A DNA stretch of 64,000 nucleotides from an uncultured Gammaproteobacteria bacterium (GCA_963844825.1 CAWJPQ010000003.1:10088-74087), one strand, 5' to 3'; positions 22,921 to 32,458 are shown, counted from the stretch's first letter. The notes: generated from the sequence alone by a model not told the origin. Numbers and translations: made by a program.

Positions 22921-24120
22921 TCAAAAATCAACGGGTTCAGTCTTTGCTACCGGCTCATCGATCGTCGGCCGTCGTGGCGCCGTTGTGGCGTGCGGCGGGG
23001 CCCCTGCCTCGGGAGGGGCCGCGTCCTCGTCCCGGATACGGGCCACCACGGCGCGGCGCAGCAGGTCCAGGCCCTCATTGCGAGCGGCCGACAGCCAAAC
23101 GCGCTTGATACGGCCCTTGTCGTCGTAATCCAAGTGAGGCTCGGTATCATCCATCAAGTCAATCTTGTTGTATACCTCAATCTGAGGAATCGCGTCCGCG
23201 CCGATCTCTTTCAGGACGTCGTTGACCTGGGAGATGCACTCGCGGCGATTGTCGTCGTGGGCGTCCACCACGTGCAGCAGCAGGTGGGCCCCCTGGGTCT
23301 CCTCGAGGGTCGCCCGGAAGGCCGCGATGAGACTGTGCGGCAGGTGACGGATGAACCCCACGGTATCGACCAGCAGCACCGGGTCCACATCAGGCAGATC
23401 CAGGCGCCGCAGGGTCGGATCCAGGGTGGCGAACAGCTGGTCCGCGCTGTAGACGCTGGCCCCGGTCATGCGGTTGAACAACGTCGATTTGCCGGCGTTG
23501 GTGTAACCCACCAGCGAAACGGTCCTCAGGTCCGCCTTGCGCCGGGACTTCCTGCGTCCGTCCCGTTGCGAGCGCACCTTCTCCAGGCGCTTGTTCAAGT
23601 GCTTGATGCGGTGCCGGATCAGGCGGCGGTCGCTCTCGAGCTGCGTCTCGCCGGGACCGCGCAGCCCGATGCCCCCCTTTTGCCGCTCCAAGTGCGTCCA
23701 CCCCCTGACCAGGCGGGTGGACAGGTGACGCAGTTGGGCGAGCTCGACCTGCAGCTTGCCCTCAAAGGTGTGGGCGCGCTGGCTGAAGATATCCAGAATC
23801 AGGCCCGCGCGGTCCAGCACCCGGCACTGCAGCAGCTGCTCCAGGTTGCGTTCCTGGGCCGGCGTCAGGGCGTGATTGAAGATCACCAGATCCGCGTGGT
23901 GCTCCCGCACCTGCGCAAGGATCTCCTGGGCCTTGCCCGAGCCGACAAACAGTTTGGGAGTCGGGGCACGGCGCCTGCCCCGGATCGTGGCCACTGGAAT
24001 TCCGCCTGCCGAAACGGCAAGCAGATGAAATTCCTCGAGTTCCTCCTCCTGACTCACGCCGTTGAAATCGACGTGCACCAGTATGACGCGTTCGCCTTGG
24101 CTACGCGGGCGGTCAAACAA
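22921..24120 (-). CDS. hflX: Ribosome-splitting GTPase HflX
   Basis: RGPGETQLE, GYTNAGKS, LFATLDPT, DTVGF, NKID. Confidence 0.97.
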   Translation of the reverse strand: MFDRPRSQGERVILVHVDFNGVSQEEELEEFHLLAVSAGGIPVATIRGRRRAPTPKLFVGSGKAQEILAQVREHHADLVIFNHALTPAQERNLEQLLQCRVLDRAGLILDIFSQRAHTFEGKLQVELAQLRHLSTRLVRGWTHLERQKGGIGLRGPGETQLESDRRLIRHRIKHLNKRLEKVRSQRDGRRKSRRKADLRTVSLVGYTNAGKSTLFNRMTGASVYSADQLFATLDPTLRRLDLPDVDPVLLVDTVGFIRHLPHSLIAAFRATLEETQGAHLLLHVVDAHDDNRRECISQVNDVLKEIGADAIPQIEVYNKIDLMDDTEPHLDYDDKGRIKRVWLSAARNEGLDLLRRAVVARIRDEDAAPPEAGAPPHATTAPRRPTIDEPVAKTEPVDF

Positions 24121-24150
24121 AACGGCGACTACCCCGCTGGCGTCCCAAAT

Positions 24151-24402
24151 TTATGCATGAGCGGTATCCGACTCGGCATCCTCATGTGAAGGGACCTTGA
24201 CGTTGCGCGCCGGCACAATGGTTGAGATGGCATGCTTGTACACCATTTGGCTCACCGAGTTCTTCAGCAGCACCACAAATTGATCGAAAGACTCGATCTG
24301 GCCCTGTAACTTAATGCCATTCACCAAGTAGATGGAGACCGGTACCCGTTCTTTACGTAGTGCATTTAGATAAGGGTCTTGTAATGATTGCCCTTTTGCC
24401 AT
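24151..24402 (-). CDS. hfq: RNA chaperone Hfq
   Basis: [34 protein letters not shown]...YKHAIST. Confidence 0.99.
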   Translation of the reverse strand: MAKGQSLQDPYLNALRKERVPVSIYLVNGIKLQGQIESFDQFVVLLKNSVSQMVYKHAISTIVPARNVKVPSHEDAESDTAHA

Positions 24403-24610
24403 CGCTGATTCTCCTTTCTTATCTTTATCCTTAAATCTGTGTCCTTGAAAACCGGACCCTTTCATCTGTCGTTGCACAATGACGTCCTTATGATTGCGAA
24501 AATATGATCATGCTCGGAAAGTTCAGCTTAGCGGCGGATGACGAAGAAATATGCAATTAAGCCCCCGGACTCATCGATTGATACTATCATATACCCGAAG
24601 ATCTGGAAAT

Positions 24611-25546
24611 TTAAACAAAAATACTCCCCAGATGCCTGATTATCCTCCCGATTGAATCGCTGACACTGTTATCGAACCAGTCGGCCTCACTCTCCGCCCT
24701 CAACCACGTCAACTGGCGTTTCGCGAATTGCCGGGTGGCCGTCACAGCATGGTCCCTCATTTGCTCATAAGAACTGTTCCCGGCCAAATAGTTCCATACC
24801 TGACGATACCCCACCGCCCGCATGGCCGGCAGGTCAATGCTCAGGTCCCCCCGCCGGTACAGCCGGGAGACCTCCTCCAGGAGACCGCCGGCGAGCATCT
24901 GGTCAAAACGCCCCGCAATGCGTTGGTGGAGGATGGACCGCTCCGCGGGGGCCATCACCAGTTTCACCACCCGGTAGGGCAGCGCCGTGGGACCCGGCTC
25001 GAGACACAACTGCGTCCAGCTTTTCCCTTCAATTTCAAAAATTTCCAACGCACGCTGGATGCGCTGGCGGTCGTTGGGATGAATGCGGGCCGCCGTGGCC
25101 GGGTCCACCTGGCGGACCCGCTCGTGAAGGCTCGCCCAGCCCTCCCGTTGCGCCTGGTCTAGAATACGGCGACGCACTTGCGGGTCCGCGGAGGGCAGTT
25201 CGGACAGCCCCCGTTGCAGGGCCCGAAAATACAGCATTGTCCCCCCGACCAGTAATGGTATTCGGCCCTCGCCTGTGATCTGCGCCATCTCGGCAAGGGC
25301 ATCCCGACGAAATTCCGCCGCCGAATAGGCCTCCAGGGGGTCCCGGATATCCACCAGGCGGTGAGGCACCTCCCGCAACACCTCCGGCGGCGGCTTTGCC
25401 GACCCGATGTCCATCCCCCGGTACACCTGGGATGAATCCACGCTGACAATGTCGCAGGGAAACCGTTTGACGATCTCGAGGGCCATGTGGGTCTTGCCCG
25501 AGGCCGTGGGACCCATGAGGAAAATAACCGGTGGGAGCGCTTTCAT
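24611..25546 (-). CDS. miaA: tRNA dimethylallyltransferase
   Basis: [40 protein letters not shown]. Confidence 0.97.
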   Translation of the reverse strand: MKALPPVIFLMGPTASGKTHMALEIVKRFPCDIVSVDSSQVYRGMDIGSAKPPPEVLREVPHRLVDIRDPLEAYSAAEFRRDALAEMAQITGEGRIPLLVGGTMLYFRALQRGLSELPSADPQVRRRILDQAQREGWASLHERVRQVDPATAARIHPNDRQRIQRALEIFEIEGKSWTQLCLEPGPTALPYRVVKLVMAPAERSILHQRIAGRFDQMLAGGLLEEVSRLYRRGDLSIDLPAMRAVGYRQVWNYLAGNSSYEQMRDHAVTATRQFAKRQLTWLRAESEADWFDNSVSDSIGRIIRHLGSIFV

Positions 25547-25610
25547 CGTCGTTGCTGAGTGACCGTCAGGCCCATAATTACCACGCCCGCCGACAAACCT
25601 GCAACTCAGC

Positions 25611-25880
25611 CCCCAATTCGGGACACCCACCATTTCAGCAATTCGGGACACCCATGCATTTCAGGCCCACCCGGCGTGACCATTCAGCGCACCTCAGTGC
25701 CTCCCTTCATGCTCAATTCGGGTCCCGGCACGGCCGTTCAACGGCCCCAATTAATGGGTGTCCTGAATAATTGTGGATTGAGCGCCGAGGGCCCGGCTTT
25801 TATGGGTGTCCCCAAAGGCCCTTAGAGGCTCATTTTGTGGGTGTCCTCAAAACGGCCCCAATTGATGGGTGTCCTGAATT
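25611..25880. repeat. Left bipartite array of GGACACCCA-core repeats (2 forward, 1 degenerate, 4 reverse)
   Basis: AATTCGGGACACCCA at 25615 and 25640; TGGGTGTCC at 25755, 25803, 25838, 25866. Confidence 0.9.
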
Positions 25881-25988
25881 GGAGGTAAAAACGGAGCGGC
25901 CCTTGGATTTCGGCGGGTCATCCCAGATATAATGCTATCTTGTCGATTCATCTTTTAAGTACTGGTCTGTAGACCGGATAGCGGTGTT

Positions 25989-26421
25989 ATGAACGAATTC
26001 ACTCCCCTGCTTTCAACGATTGGTGGCATTCTCATCGGGCTTGCCGTGGCGGGTCTGTTCTTCTTCAACGGCCGGATCCTGGGGATCAGCAACATCGCCG
26101 CGGAGCTGTTCGGATCCGATCATGCGGGCAGGCAATGGCGTTTTACGTTTATCCTGGGCCTGTTGGCCGGGGGTGGCCTGCTGGAGCTGTTTTACCCCGC
26201 CGCCCTGAGTGTCCCGAGCCCCCGTTCCATTCCGGTGTTGGTCCTGGCCGGCCTGCTGGTGGGCTACGGGACGGGAATGGGCCGGGGGTGCACCAGCGGT
26301 CACGGCATCTGCGGCATCAGCCGCCTGTCACCCCGGTCGATTGTCGCCACGCTTGGTCTTTATGGCCTCCGGCATGGTGACCGTGTACATCACCAACCAC
26401 CTGCTGGGGGGGAGCGCATGA
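25989..26421 (+). CDS. YeeE/YedE family sulfur-compound transporter subunit (PmpA/PmpB-like), 1-nt insertion near 26353
   Basis: NGRILGIS, GCTSGHGICGISRLSPRS; C-terminus (VFMASGMVTV) in shifted frame. Confidence 0.85.
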
Positions 26422-26894
26422 TGAGGCTGTTGACCGTCTTTCTGTCCGGCCTGCTGTTCTCCCTGGGGCTCGGCATCTCCGGGATGACCCAGCCCACCAA
26501 GGTCATCGGCTTTCTGGACATCTTCGGCCACTGGGATCCCAGCCTGGCCTGCGTCATGGCGGGCGCGGTGGGCGTCAACCTTATTCTGTACCGTTTGTCC
26601 ATCAAGCGCCTGCAGCCATTGTTCGCCCCGCAATTCACCGTCCCGTCCAAGCGCCCCATCAATGTGCCCCTGATCGCCGGGTCCGTGCTGTTCGGTGTCG
26701 GTTGGGGCTTGTCGGGCTACTGCCCGGGCCCGGCGCTGGTCTCCGCCGTCACCGGATGGGGTTCCGTGCTGGCCTTCGTAGGTGCCATGCTCGTGGGCAT
26801 GATCCTGTTTCAACGCCTGCAGGCAAGGCGCATCTACCCTGACCCCGCCAACAAGCCGGACATCGCCTCCACGTCGACTTCCGCCCGTCAATAG
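26418..26894 (+). CDS. YeeE/YedE family (DUF6691-like) transporter partner subunit
   Basis: GLGISGMTQPTKVIGFLD, WDPSL, GWGLSGYCPGPA; ATGA overlap with upstream gene. Confidence 0.85.
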   Translation: MMRLLTVFLSGLLFSLGLGISGMTQPTKVIGFLDIFGHWDPSLACVMAGAVGVNLILYRLSIKRLQPLFAPQFTVPSKRPINVPLIAGSVLFGVGWGLSGYCPGPALVSAVTGWGSVLAFVGAMLVGMILFQRLQARRIYPDPANKPDIASTSTSARQ

Positions 26895-26948
26895 CGCCTG
26901 CCCCCGCCGAGGGGCAGGCAACGCACGACCAGACAAGAAACTCAGCCC

Positions 26949-28361
26949 TTAGCGCTCGTAGGCCAGTTCGTGGGGGAAGCGTCCTTCAGGGACCACGGTC
27001 CCCTCGCGGGCGGTCATCCACATGTTGTACAGCCACACCAGGTTGCCCGTGAACACCATGGTGCCACCGGCCCAGCGCCCGATCATGTAGGGATGCTCGG
27101 CCATGACGGTCTCGATGTAGGGCACCTCGTAGATCTTGGATGCACCCTGGATCAGGCCGGCGATGGTCATGGTCACCCAGTACGTGATGAAGCCGATCAG
27201 GACGAACCAGAAGTGGAAGTTTCCCAAGGCCAGAGAGTACAGCTTGCGGCGCATCATCTGCTGCAGGCCGAAGTACACCGCCGCGATCTCGATGTGCGAT
27301 GAAAAGCCCAGCAGCGCCAGGTGGGCGTGGGCCACAATCCAGCCGGTGCCGTGGATGTACCAGTTGATCGAACGGGTCTGCTGGAAGCCTCCCTGCATGT
27401 TCAGGGGCACGGCCATCAGTACGCCGACGATTACGAACTTCATCTCCAGGTTCTCCACGAACATGCTCCACTTGCCCTTGATGGTCAGCAGGATGTTCGC
27501 CACGAAGGCCACCGCCGGGATCAGGATCAGCACGCCCTCCACCGAAGCAAAGGACTTCAGCCACTCCGGCAGCGGCGCCGACATCAGGTGGTGCGCGGCG
27601 GGCGTGGAGTAGAAGGCGACGATCGCCCAGAAGTTCAGATGCGCTACGCGGTGGGAGTACAGCGGATTGCCCGTGAGCTTGGGGACCATGAAATAGGCGA
27701 TGCCGATGGCCACCGGCGTAATCCACAGCCCGAGGATGTTGTGGCCGTTCCACCAGGTCAGATAGGCCTCGGTCAGGCCGGTGAGGTGGAAGTACTCCGG
27801 TGACTGACCGACGGTGAACACCACCGCCAGCATGAAGATGCACGCGCCGAAGAACCAGTTGGTGATGTAGATACCCTGAGTACGTCGGTGGGCGATGGTC
27901 ATCCACACGTTGATGCCGAGGGGGAGCACAGCTAAGAAGGTAAAGGCCAGGTCGGCGGGCCAGATAAAGTCCGAGTATTCGCGTCCCGAGGTGAACCCCA
28001 GCCATAGCAAGACGCTGGCGACGGCCAGGCTGCCGTTCCATCCCATGGCGGTCCACAACCCGAGCTTTTCCGACCACAGCTTGGTGTTACCCAGGGCAGG
28101 CGTGATGTACATCATGGTCATGGCAAAGGCGCCGGAGATCCAGCCGAGGATCACAGCCATTACGTGGACCTGGCGCATGTGGCCAAATGAAAACATCTCC
28201 GACCCAGTGACGAAATCGGGAAAGGCCAGCTTGGCCGCATTGTACGATCCCAGCCCCGTGCCGACGATGAACCACAGGATCGCCGAGAAGCCGAACACGA
28301 TGGTCGCCGCCCCCGGCGGAATATCCTTATTTTTGGCAAAAAGGTATTTGATGACACTCAT
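26949..28361 (-). CDS. ccoN: Heme-copper oxidase subunit I, cbb3 (C-family) type, divergent and orphan
   Basis: ~12 TM; RQVH, GREY, WWNGHN, Y-x5-HH (YSTPAAHH), HAH: six His ligands plus helix VII Tyr. Confidence 0.85.
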   Translation of the reverse strand: MSVIKYLFAKNKDIPPGAATIVFGFSAILWFIVGTGLGSYNAAKLAFPDFVTGSEMFSFGHMRQVHVMAVILGWISGAFAMTMMYITPALGNTKLWSEKLGLWTAMGWNGSLAVASVLLWLGFTSGREYSDFIWPADLAFTFLAVLPLGINVWMTIAHRRTQGIYITNWFFGACIFMLAVVFTVGQSPEYFHLTGLTEAYLTWWNGHNILGLWITPVAIGIAYFMVPKLTGNPLYSHRVAHLNFWAIVAFYSTPAAHHLMSAPLPEWLKSFASVEGVLILIPAVAFVANILLTIKGKWSMFVENLEMKFVIVGVLMAVPLNMQGGFQQTRSINWYIHGTGWIVAHAHLALLGFSSHIEIAAVYFGLQQMMRRKLYSLALGNFHFWFVLIGFITYWVTMTIAGLIQGASKIYEVPYIETVMAEHPYMIGRWAGGTMVFTGNLVWLYNMWMTAREGTVVPEGRFPHELAYER

Positions 28362-28753
28362 TGGCTCTTATCCTCATCGAGGTGGTTTGCCGATATTGGC
28401 ACCTTCTCCCCGGTAAAATAGGCCGTCCTACCGGATAAGGATAGGGAGAAAACAGAGCATCATTGGTGATTCTGCGCAGGTGCGGACCTGGGTGGGGTCA
28501 CAGATTAGTCGGCTTTGAAAACCGAAGTGCCAGCGATCAGGGGCTCTCTTTCCTGCTCAACAGCAGATGAACACAGGGTCCCGGCCTCCAGCGTGTGACG
28601 ATCACGGCACCTACAAAGCCACTTCCCAATTCGTTCCCGGCCGATCCCAGGCGCCACCGGCACCCCGTTGTAAACACCGGACGGCTTTGCGCAACCCCGG
28701 CAGTGGAGACGGCCCACAAAGGCCCATAAAAAGAAAAGCCTGACCATGCTTGG

Positions 28754-28769
28754 GCAAGGCACATACCAG
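28754..28769 (-). promoter_or_regulatory. Candidate sigma54 promoter facing ccoN
   Basis: Minus strand CTGGTATGTGCCTTGC (GG-N10-GC); IHF-like TATCAATTTGTTT at 28809-28821; divergent sigma54-activator remnant. Confidence 0.55.
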
Positions 28770-28890
28770 CTACCTTCACCGGTGCGTCGACATCGGGACA
28801 AACCTACATATCAATTTGTTTTTATGTAATATATTCCTGCGCAACCCCATTCCCCTGCGGCGCCGGTGGTGCGCATGAGGCCTTGCTCAC

Positions 28891-29607
28891 TTGCGAAAAT
28901 ACTGCCGTTTTTGTCATAAATATTTTCTAATATATGTCATTCATGTCAGGATCGTACGCCATACCTCACACCCTGCCCCTGCATCGGCCCTGCTGGATGC
29001 CCTGCCGGGGCCGGTGGTTCTCATCGACCTAAACTACCGAATCCTTGCCGCCAATGAGCGTTACTGCAGCCGCTATGGCGGCTTGGAGGGCGCAACCCAA
29101 ACACCCCGGTGTTATCAGGTCTCCCATCACCATGATCAGCCCCGCGACGTTGCCGGCGAGACCTGCCCGATGAAGAACAGCCTGACCTCCGGCCACCCCC
29201 AGCGGATCCTGCACATCCACTACACCCCACGGCGCGAGAAGCACGTGGACGTGGAGACCTTCCCCATCCGCAGCGACGCCGGTCAGATCACCTATTTCCT
29301 CGAAGTGCTGCGTCCCTCGGGCGTGGCCAGTGCCCGGGCCGAGGCCGGGGGGCTGATGGGGCGCTCCCGCGCCTCCAACGGTATGCTGGAACTGATCGAG
29401 CGCGTCGCCTCCAGCGACACATCGGTGCTGCTGCTGGGCGAATCGGGCACCGCAAGGAGCTGGCGGCCAAGGCCGTCCATGACGCCAGCCCCCGGGCCAC
29501 CCCTCGCCCGGGCCCTGGGCGTCAGTGAGCGCACCCTATACCGCAAGCTGCAGGCCCTGGGCGCCGCCCCATCGTCTGAGGCCGCCGACAACGACCCAAC
29601 GCCCTGA
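28891..29607 (+). pseudogene. FisR-like sigma54 activator remnant (PAS-like sensor, Walker A stub, HTH; AAA+ core deleted)
   Basis: CYQVSH...GETCP sensor; LLLGESGT then G-K-E-L in shifted frame; jumps to LARALGVSERTLYRKL; no GAFTGA or Walker B; start uncertain. Confidence 0.8.
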
Positions 29608-29835
29608 CAGCCCCGCGCCGGCCATCAGCAGCGCACCCAGCCCCTCGCGGGACGATGTCCCGGCGGATACTGGGCCGACGTCGACATACTGACGCTGCGA
29701 CCCGTCGCCCGCAGACGACAACCGACCTTTTGCCCTTTGGAGTTCTGCAGCGCATGGTGGCGCTATCGGCCACCACACGGCATTTGAGCGGCCCTGACGG
29801 CTCATCGCTGTCAGGGCACCGTTTCCGCAGGCCAG

Positions 29836-29851
29836 CGGCACAGTAGTTGCA
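29836..29851 (+). promoter_or_regulatory. Candidate sigma54 promoter for bactofilin operon
   Basis: CGGCACAGTAGTTGCA (GG-N10-GC), 40 bp upstream of ATG with AAGGAG RBS. Confidence 0.55.
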
Positions 29852-29890
29852 TCGAGAACCCAGCCAACACCAACTGAAAGGAGAACGGGC

Positions 29891-30454
29891 ATGTTCGATC
29901 GCAATTCATCGAAGCGCACCACGGGCAGGGCCGGGGACACCGTGGAAACGGAGACCATCACCCACTCCCCCGCCCCCAAACCGCCGTCCCATGAGCGGGC
30001 CACCGGCATGGCCACCATCGGCCCTTCCATCCATATCAAGGGGGACCTCAGCGGCGAGGAGGACCTGGTGGTCCAGGGCAATGTGGAAGGCACCATTACC
30101 CTCCATGAGAACAACCTGACCATCGGCCAGGAAGGGACGGTCAACGCCAACATCCAGGCACACACCATCATCGTCGAGGGTACCCTGAAGGGTGACGCCT
30201 TCGGCGAGGAAAAGGTGACCATCAAGCGGACCGGCAGCGTGCACGGCAATGTCTCCGCGCCGCGCGTCAGCCTCGAGGATGGCGCGAAATTCAAGGGCAG
30301 CATGGACATGGACTACAAGGGATCAAAACCGGCCGAGTCATCCAAGGACAACGCCTCCGCGTCAGTGTTCAAGCTCGACAACAAGACTTCCTCCGCTGAA
30401 AAGGCTGCACCTCAGCCGAAGGCCTCGGTGGAAGCAGAAAACATTGAGACCTGA
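29891..30454 (+). CDS. Bactofilin (polymer-forming cytoskeletal protein)
   Basis: IGPSIHIKGDLSGEEDLVVQGNVEGTI...SLEDGAKFKGSMDM beta-helix repeats. Confidence 0.92.
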   Translation: MFDRNSSKRTTGRAGDTVETETITHSPAPKPPSHERATGMATIGPSIHIKGDLSGEEDLVVQGNVEGTITLHENNLTIGQEGTVNANIQAHTIIVEGTLKGDAFGEEKVTIKRTGSVHGNVSAPRVSLEDGAKFKGSMDMDYKGSKPAESSKDNASASVFKLDNKTSSAEKAAPQPKASVEAENIET

Positions 30455-30514
30455 ACCGGCGCGTCGAGCCGCCCCCATCGGGGCGGCAGGGCTGGCCGAG
30501 TCAGCGGGTAAGGA

Positions 30515-31141
30515 ATGATGTCGCTGGATCACTGCATTTTCGATCCGGAAGCGGTCGCGCCGGGGCGCCAGGTAACGAATAGCCCAGTGTTCGCCTCGCT
30601 CATCGAACGGATGGACAAGGAGCCGAACCGGGTCATTCTCGACCTGGGTCCCGCCCGCGCCGCCAATCTGGCGCTGCTGTCGAGATTTCGCTGCAAGCTC
30701 TTCTTCGAGGACGCCCATGAGTTGATCGATAACCTCACGGGCGACCCCGCAGCAGACGAGGGCGTTCTAAAAGACTGGCTCGGCCAATGGACCGCCGGTG
30801 CCGGCGACGAGTCCATCGATGTGGTGCTGGCCTGGGATATCTTCAATTATCTCGAGCCGGCGCTGTGGAGGATCTTTATCGATCATGTCACACCGCTGAT
30901 GAAAACAGGCGCCCACCTCTATCTGTTGATCTACTCGCAACGGGAAATGCCGGCGCTGCCCATGCAGTTCAAGGCCCTCGCACCGGACAAGATGGAGTAC
31001 CAGCCGTTGACCGGCGCCGCCCGACCCTCCCCCCGCCTCAATCAAACCGAACTCAAAAGGCGCATGCGCAAGTACTCCGTCGCCAAGTCGGTATTGCTGC
31101 GTAACGGATTGCAGGAATATCTGCTGAAGCGCACGGCCTGA
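30515..31141 (+). CDS. Hypothetical protein with class I SAM-methyltransferase-like fold
   Basis: VILDLGPA and IDVVLAWDIFNYL motifs; downstream of bactofilin. Confidence 0.6.
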   Translation: MMSLDHCIFDPEAVAPGRQVTNSPVFASLIERMDKEPNRVILDLGPARAANLALLSRFRCKLFFEDAHELIDNLTGDPAADEGVLKDWLGQWTAGAGDESIDVVLAWDIFNYLEPALWRIFIDHVTPLMKTGAHLYLLIYSQREMPALPMQFKALAPDKMEYQPLTGAARPSPRLNQTELKRRMRKYSVAKSVLLRNGLQEYLLKRTA

Positions 31142-31227
31142 ATCGCACCGGTCACGGCATCGCCCGCAGGCCTTCTCAGGTGTTCGCCGGCTGAGGCGAT
31201 GTCAATCGACGGGTAACCTGACGCGCG

Positions 31228-31839
31228 CTAGAGAATGCGCACCACCGCCTGTTTGGTAAACAGGCTGAACGCCAGATATTCATAGGTCCAGCCGTTGCCG
31301 CGGACCGCCTCCTGAAACGCCTTGAACTCGTCCTCGCGCCAATGTTTGTTGCCGACGTATTCGTCAAAGACGATAACTGTTCCGGGGACGACTTGCGCCG
31401 CAAGCGTATCGAGGAGGGTCTTGGTAGCACTGTAGATGTCGCAATCGATATTCATGAAACGCACCGGATCCTTGTGGGTCTTCACGAATTCCGGCAGGGT
31501 GTCCTCAAACCACCCCTTGTGCAAGACGACATTGTCCGGGACCTGCGGCATGACCCCGTGGGTCGTATAGCTGCCCTTTTCCTCCCGGTGCCAGGCTTCC
31601 GGCAAACCCTCAAAACTGTCAAAGCCATGCACCGGTTGTTGTGCCAGGTGGGCAATCTGACGAATGGTGGTACCGAACCTGACGCCGAACTCCAACACCA
31701 GCCCTGAATCACGGGCCGACTCCAGGCCGAGGCGGAAGGCTTCGCGATGGGAGCCGATCATCGTGGGCATGCTCGGACCGGCCGATTTTAAGTAACGCCA
31801 TGCATCGGCGCGTTCTCTTTCATGGACGGTCACAGGCAT
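31228..31839 (-). CDS. TylF/Methyltransf_24-like class I SAM methyltransferase, possibly 5'-truncated
   Basis: LEFGVRFG, GFDSFEGLPE, KGWFEDTL, IDCDIYSAT, IVFDEY. Confidence 0.8.
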   Translation of the reverse strand: MPVTVHERERADAWRYLKSAGPSMPTMIGSHREAFRLGLESARDSGLVLEFGVRFGTTIRQIAHLAQQPVHGFDSFEGLPEAWHREEKGSYTTHGVMPQVPDNVVLHKGWFEDTLPEFVKTHKDPVRFMNIDCDIYSATKTLLDTLAAQVVPGTVIVFDEYVGNKHWREDEFKAFQEAVRGNGWTYEYLAFSLFTKQAVVRIL

Positions 31840-31944
31840 TAGTGCGCATAAACAGTCACTTGCGTTGAACCTGGCCGGGCCCAGGCAGTTTACGGCGCCC
31901 GGGACGGCCGCCTTCTTCCCAATATTGTACTCAATTCTTCGGCC

Positions 31945-32215
31945 TCACAATTATGGGGACACCCATTATTCCGGTCACAATTATGGGGACACCCATTATT
32001 CCGGTTGAAAGACATCCACTCGCTCTCAGATGCCCTGATTTGAACTGCTGTGGATTCAGTGGGTGTCCCGAATTGAAGTGGTGGGTGTCCCAAATTGCAC
32101 CCCCAAATTGAAGAGTGCTGTGGATTTGGTGGGTGTCCCGAATTGCATTGCACCGATTTGGTGGGTGTCCCGAATTGCAGGCGGTGGATTTGGTGGGTGT
32201 CCCGAATTGCAGGCG
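31945..32215. repeat. Right bipartite array of GGACACCCA-core repeats (2 forward, 5 reverse)
   Basis: Perfect 30-bp tandem TCACAATTATGGGGACACCCATTATTCCGG x2; GTGGGTGTCCC(G/A)AATTG at 32059, 32081, 32129, 32161, 32193. Confidence 0.92.
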
Positions 32216-32324
32216 GGGCGGCGTAGTCTGCTACGTGGGGTGCCGGCCTCGCGGGGGACCCGTTGGGGGAAGCAGTCTCGCGCTGGATGAATAACGTATT
32301 GATATAGGACGATGGTGGGAGCAT

Positions 32325-32458
32325 AAGTGGCGGAGAGGGAGGGATTACTCGGCCCCAAGGGGCCTCGCCCTTCGGGCCGCCGCATCGGCGGCGTTCAACC
32401 GGCCTGCGACCGGTTGTCGAACCCGCTGTTCCTCAACCCGGGGGCTCGAATCCCCGCA
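32325..32458 (-). ncRNA. RtT-like tRNA-associated repeat element downstream of tRNA-Ser
   Basis: 22-bp exact copy of the tRNA 3' end (32325-32346 = 32511-32532) followed by GGATTACTC...TCGCCCTTCGGG...GTCGAACC, the layout of the E. coli rtT repeats. Confidence 0.65.

Noticed and set aside
25989-26894. Novel 301 aa fused YeeE protein
   Set aside because: The fusion depends on one extra base; the correct C-terminus and an ATGA-coupled second start are visible
26949-28361. Nitric oxide reductase NorB assignment
   Set aside because: Lacks the HLWVEG motif with its Glu ligand and retains the cbb3-type GHN and helix VII Tyr
28640-28700. c-di-GMP riboswitch in the ccoN leader (GCAAAGCC..CCGGT on minus strand)
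   Set aside because: Upstream GGCAAA/P2 stem absent; fragment match only
25611-32215. GGACACCCA arrays as CRISPR arrays
   Set aside because: Repeats are ~15 bp, occur in both orientations, have irregular and partly duplicated spacers, and no cas genes are present
32325-32346. tRNA 3' duplicate as attL/attR of a prophage or ICE
   Set aside because: Only 186 bp from the tRNA, embedded in an RtT-like structure; I saw no copy at the far island boundary and no integrase
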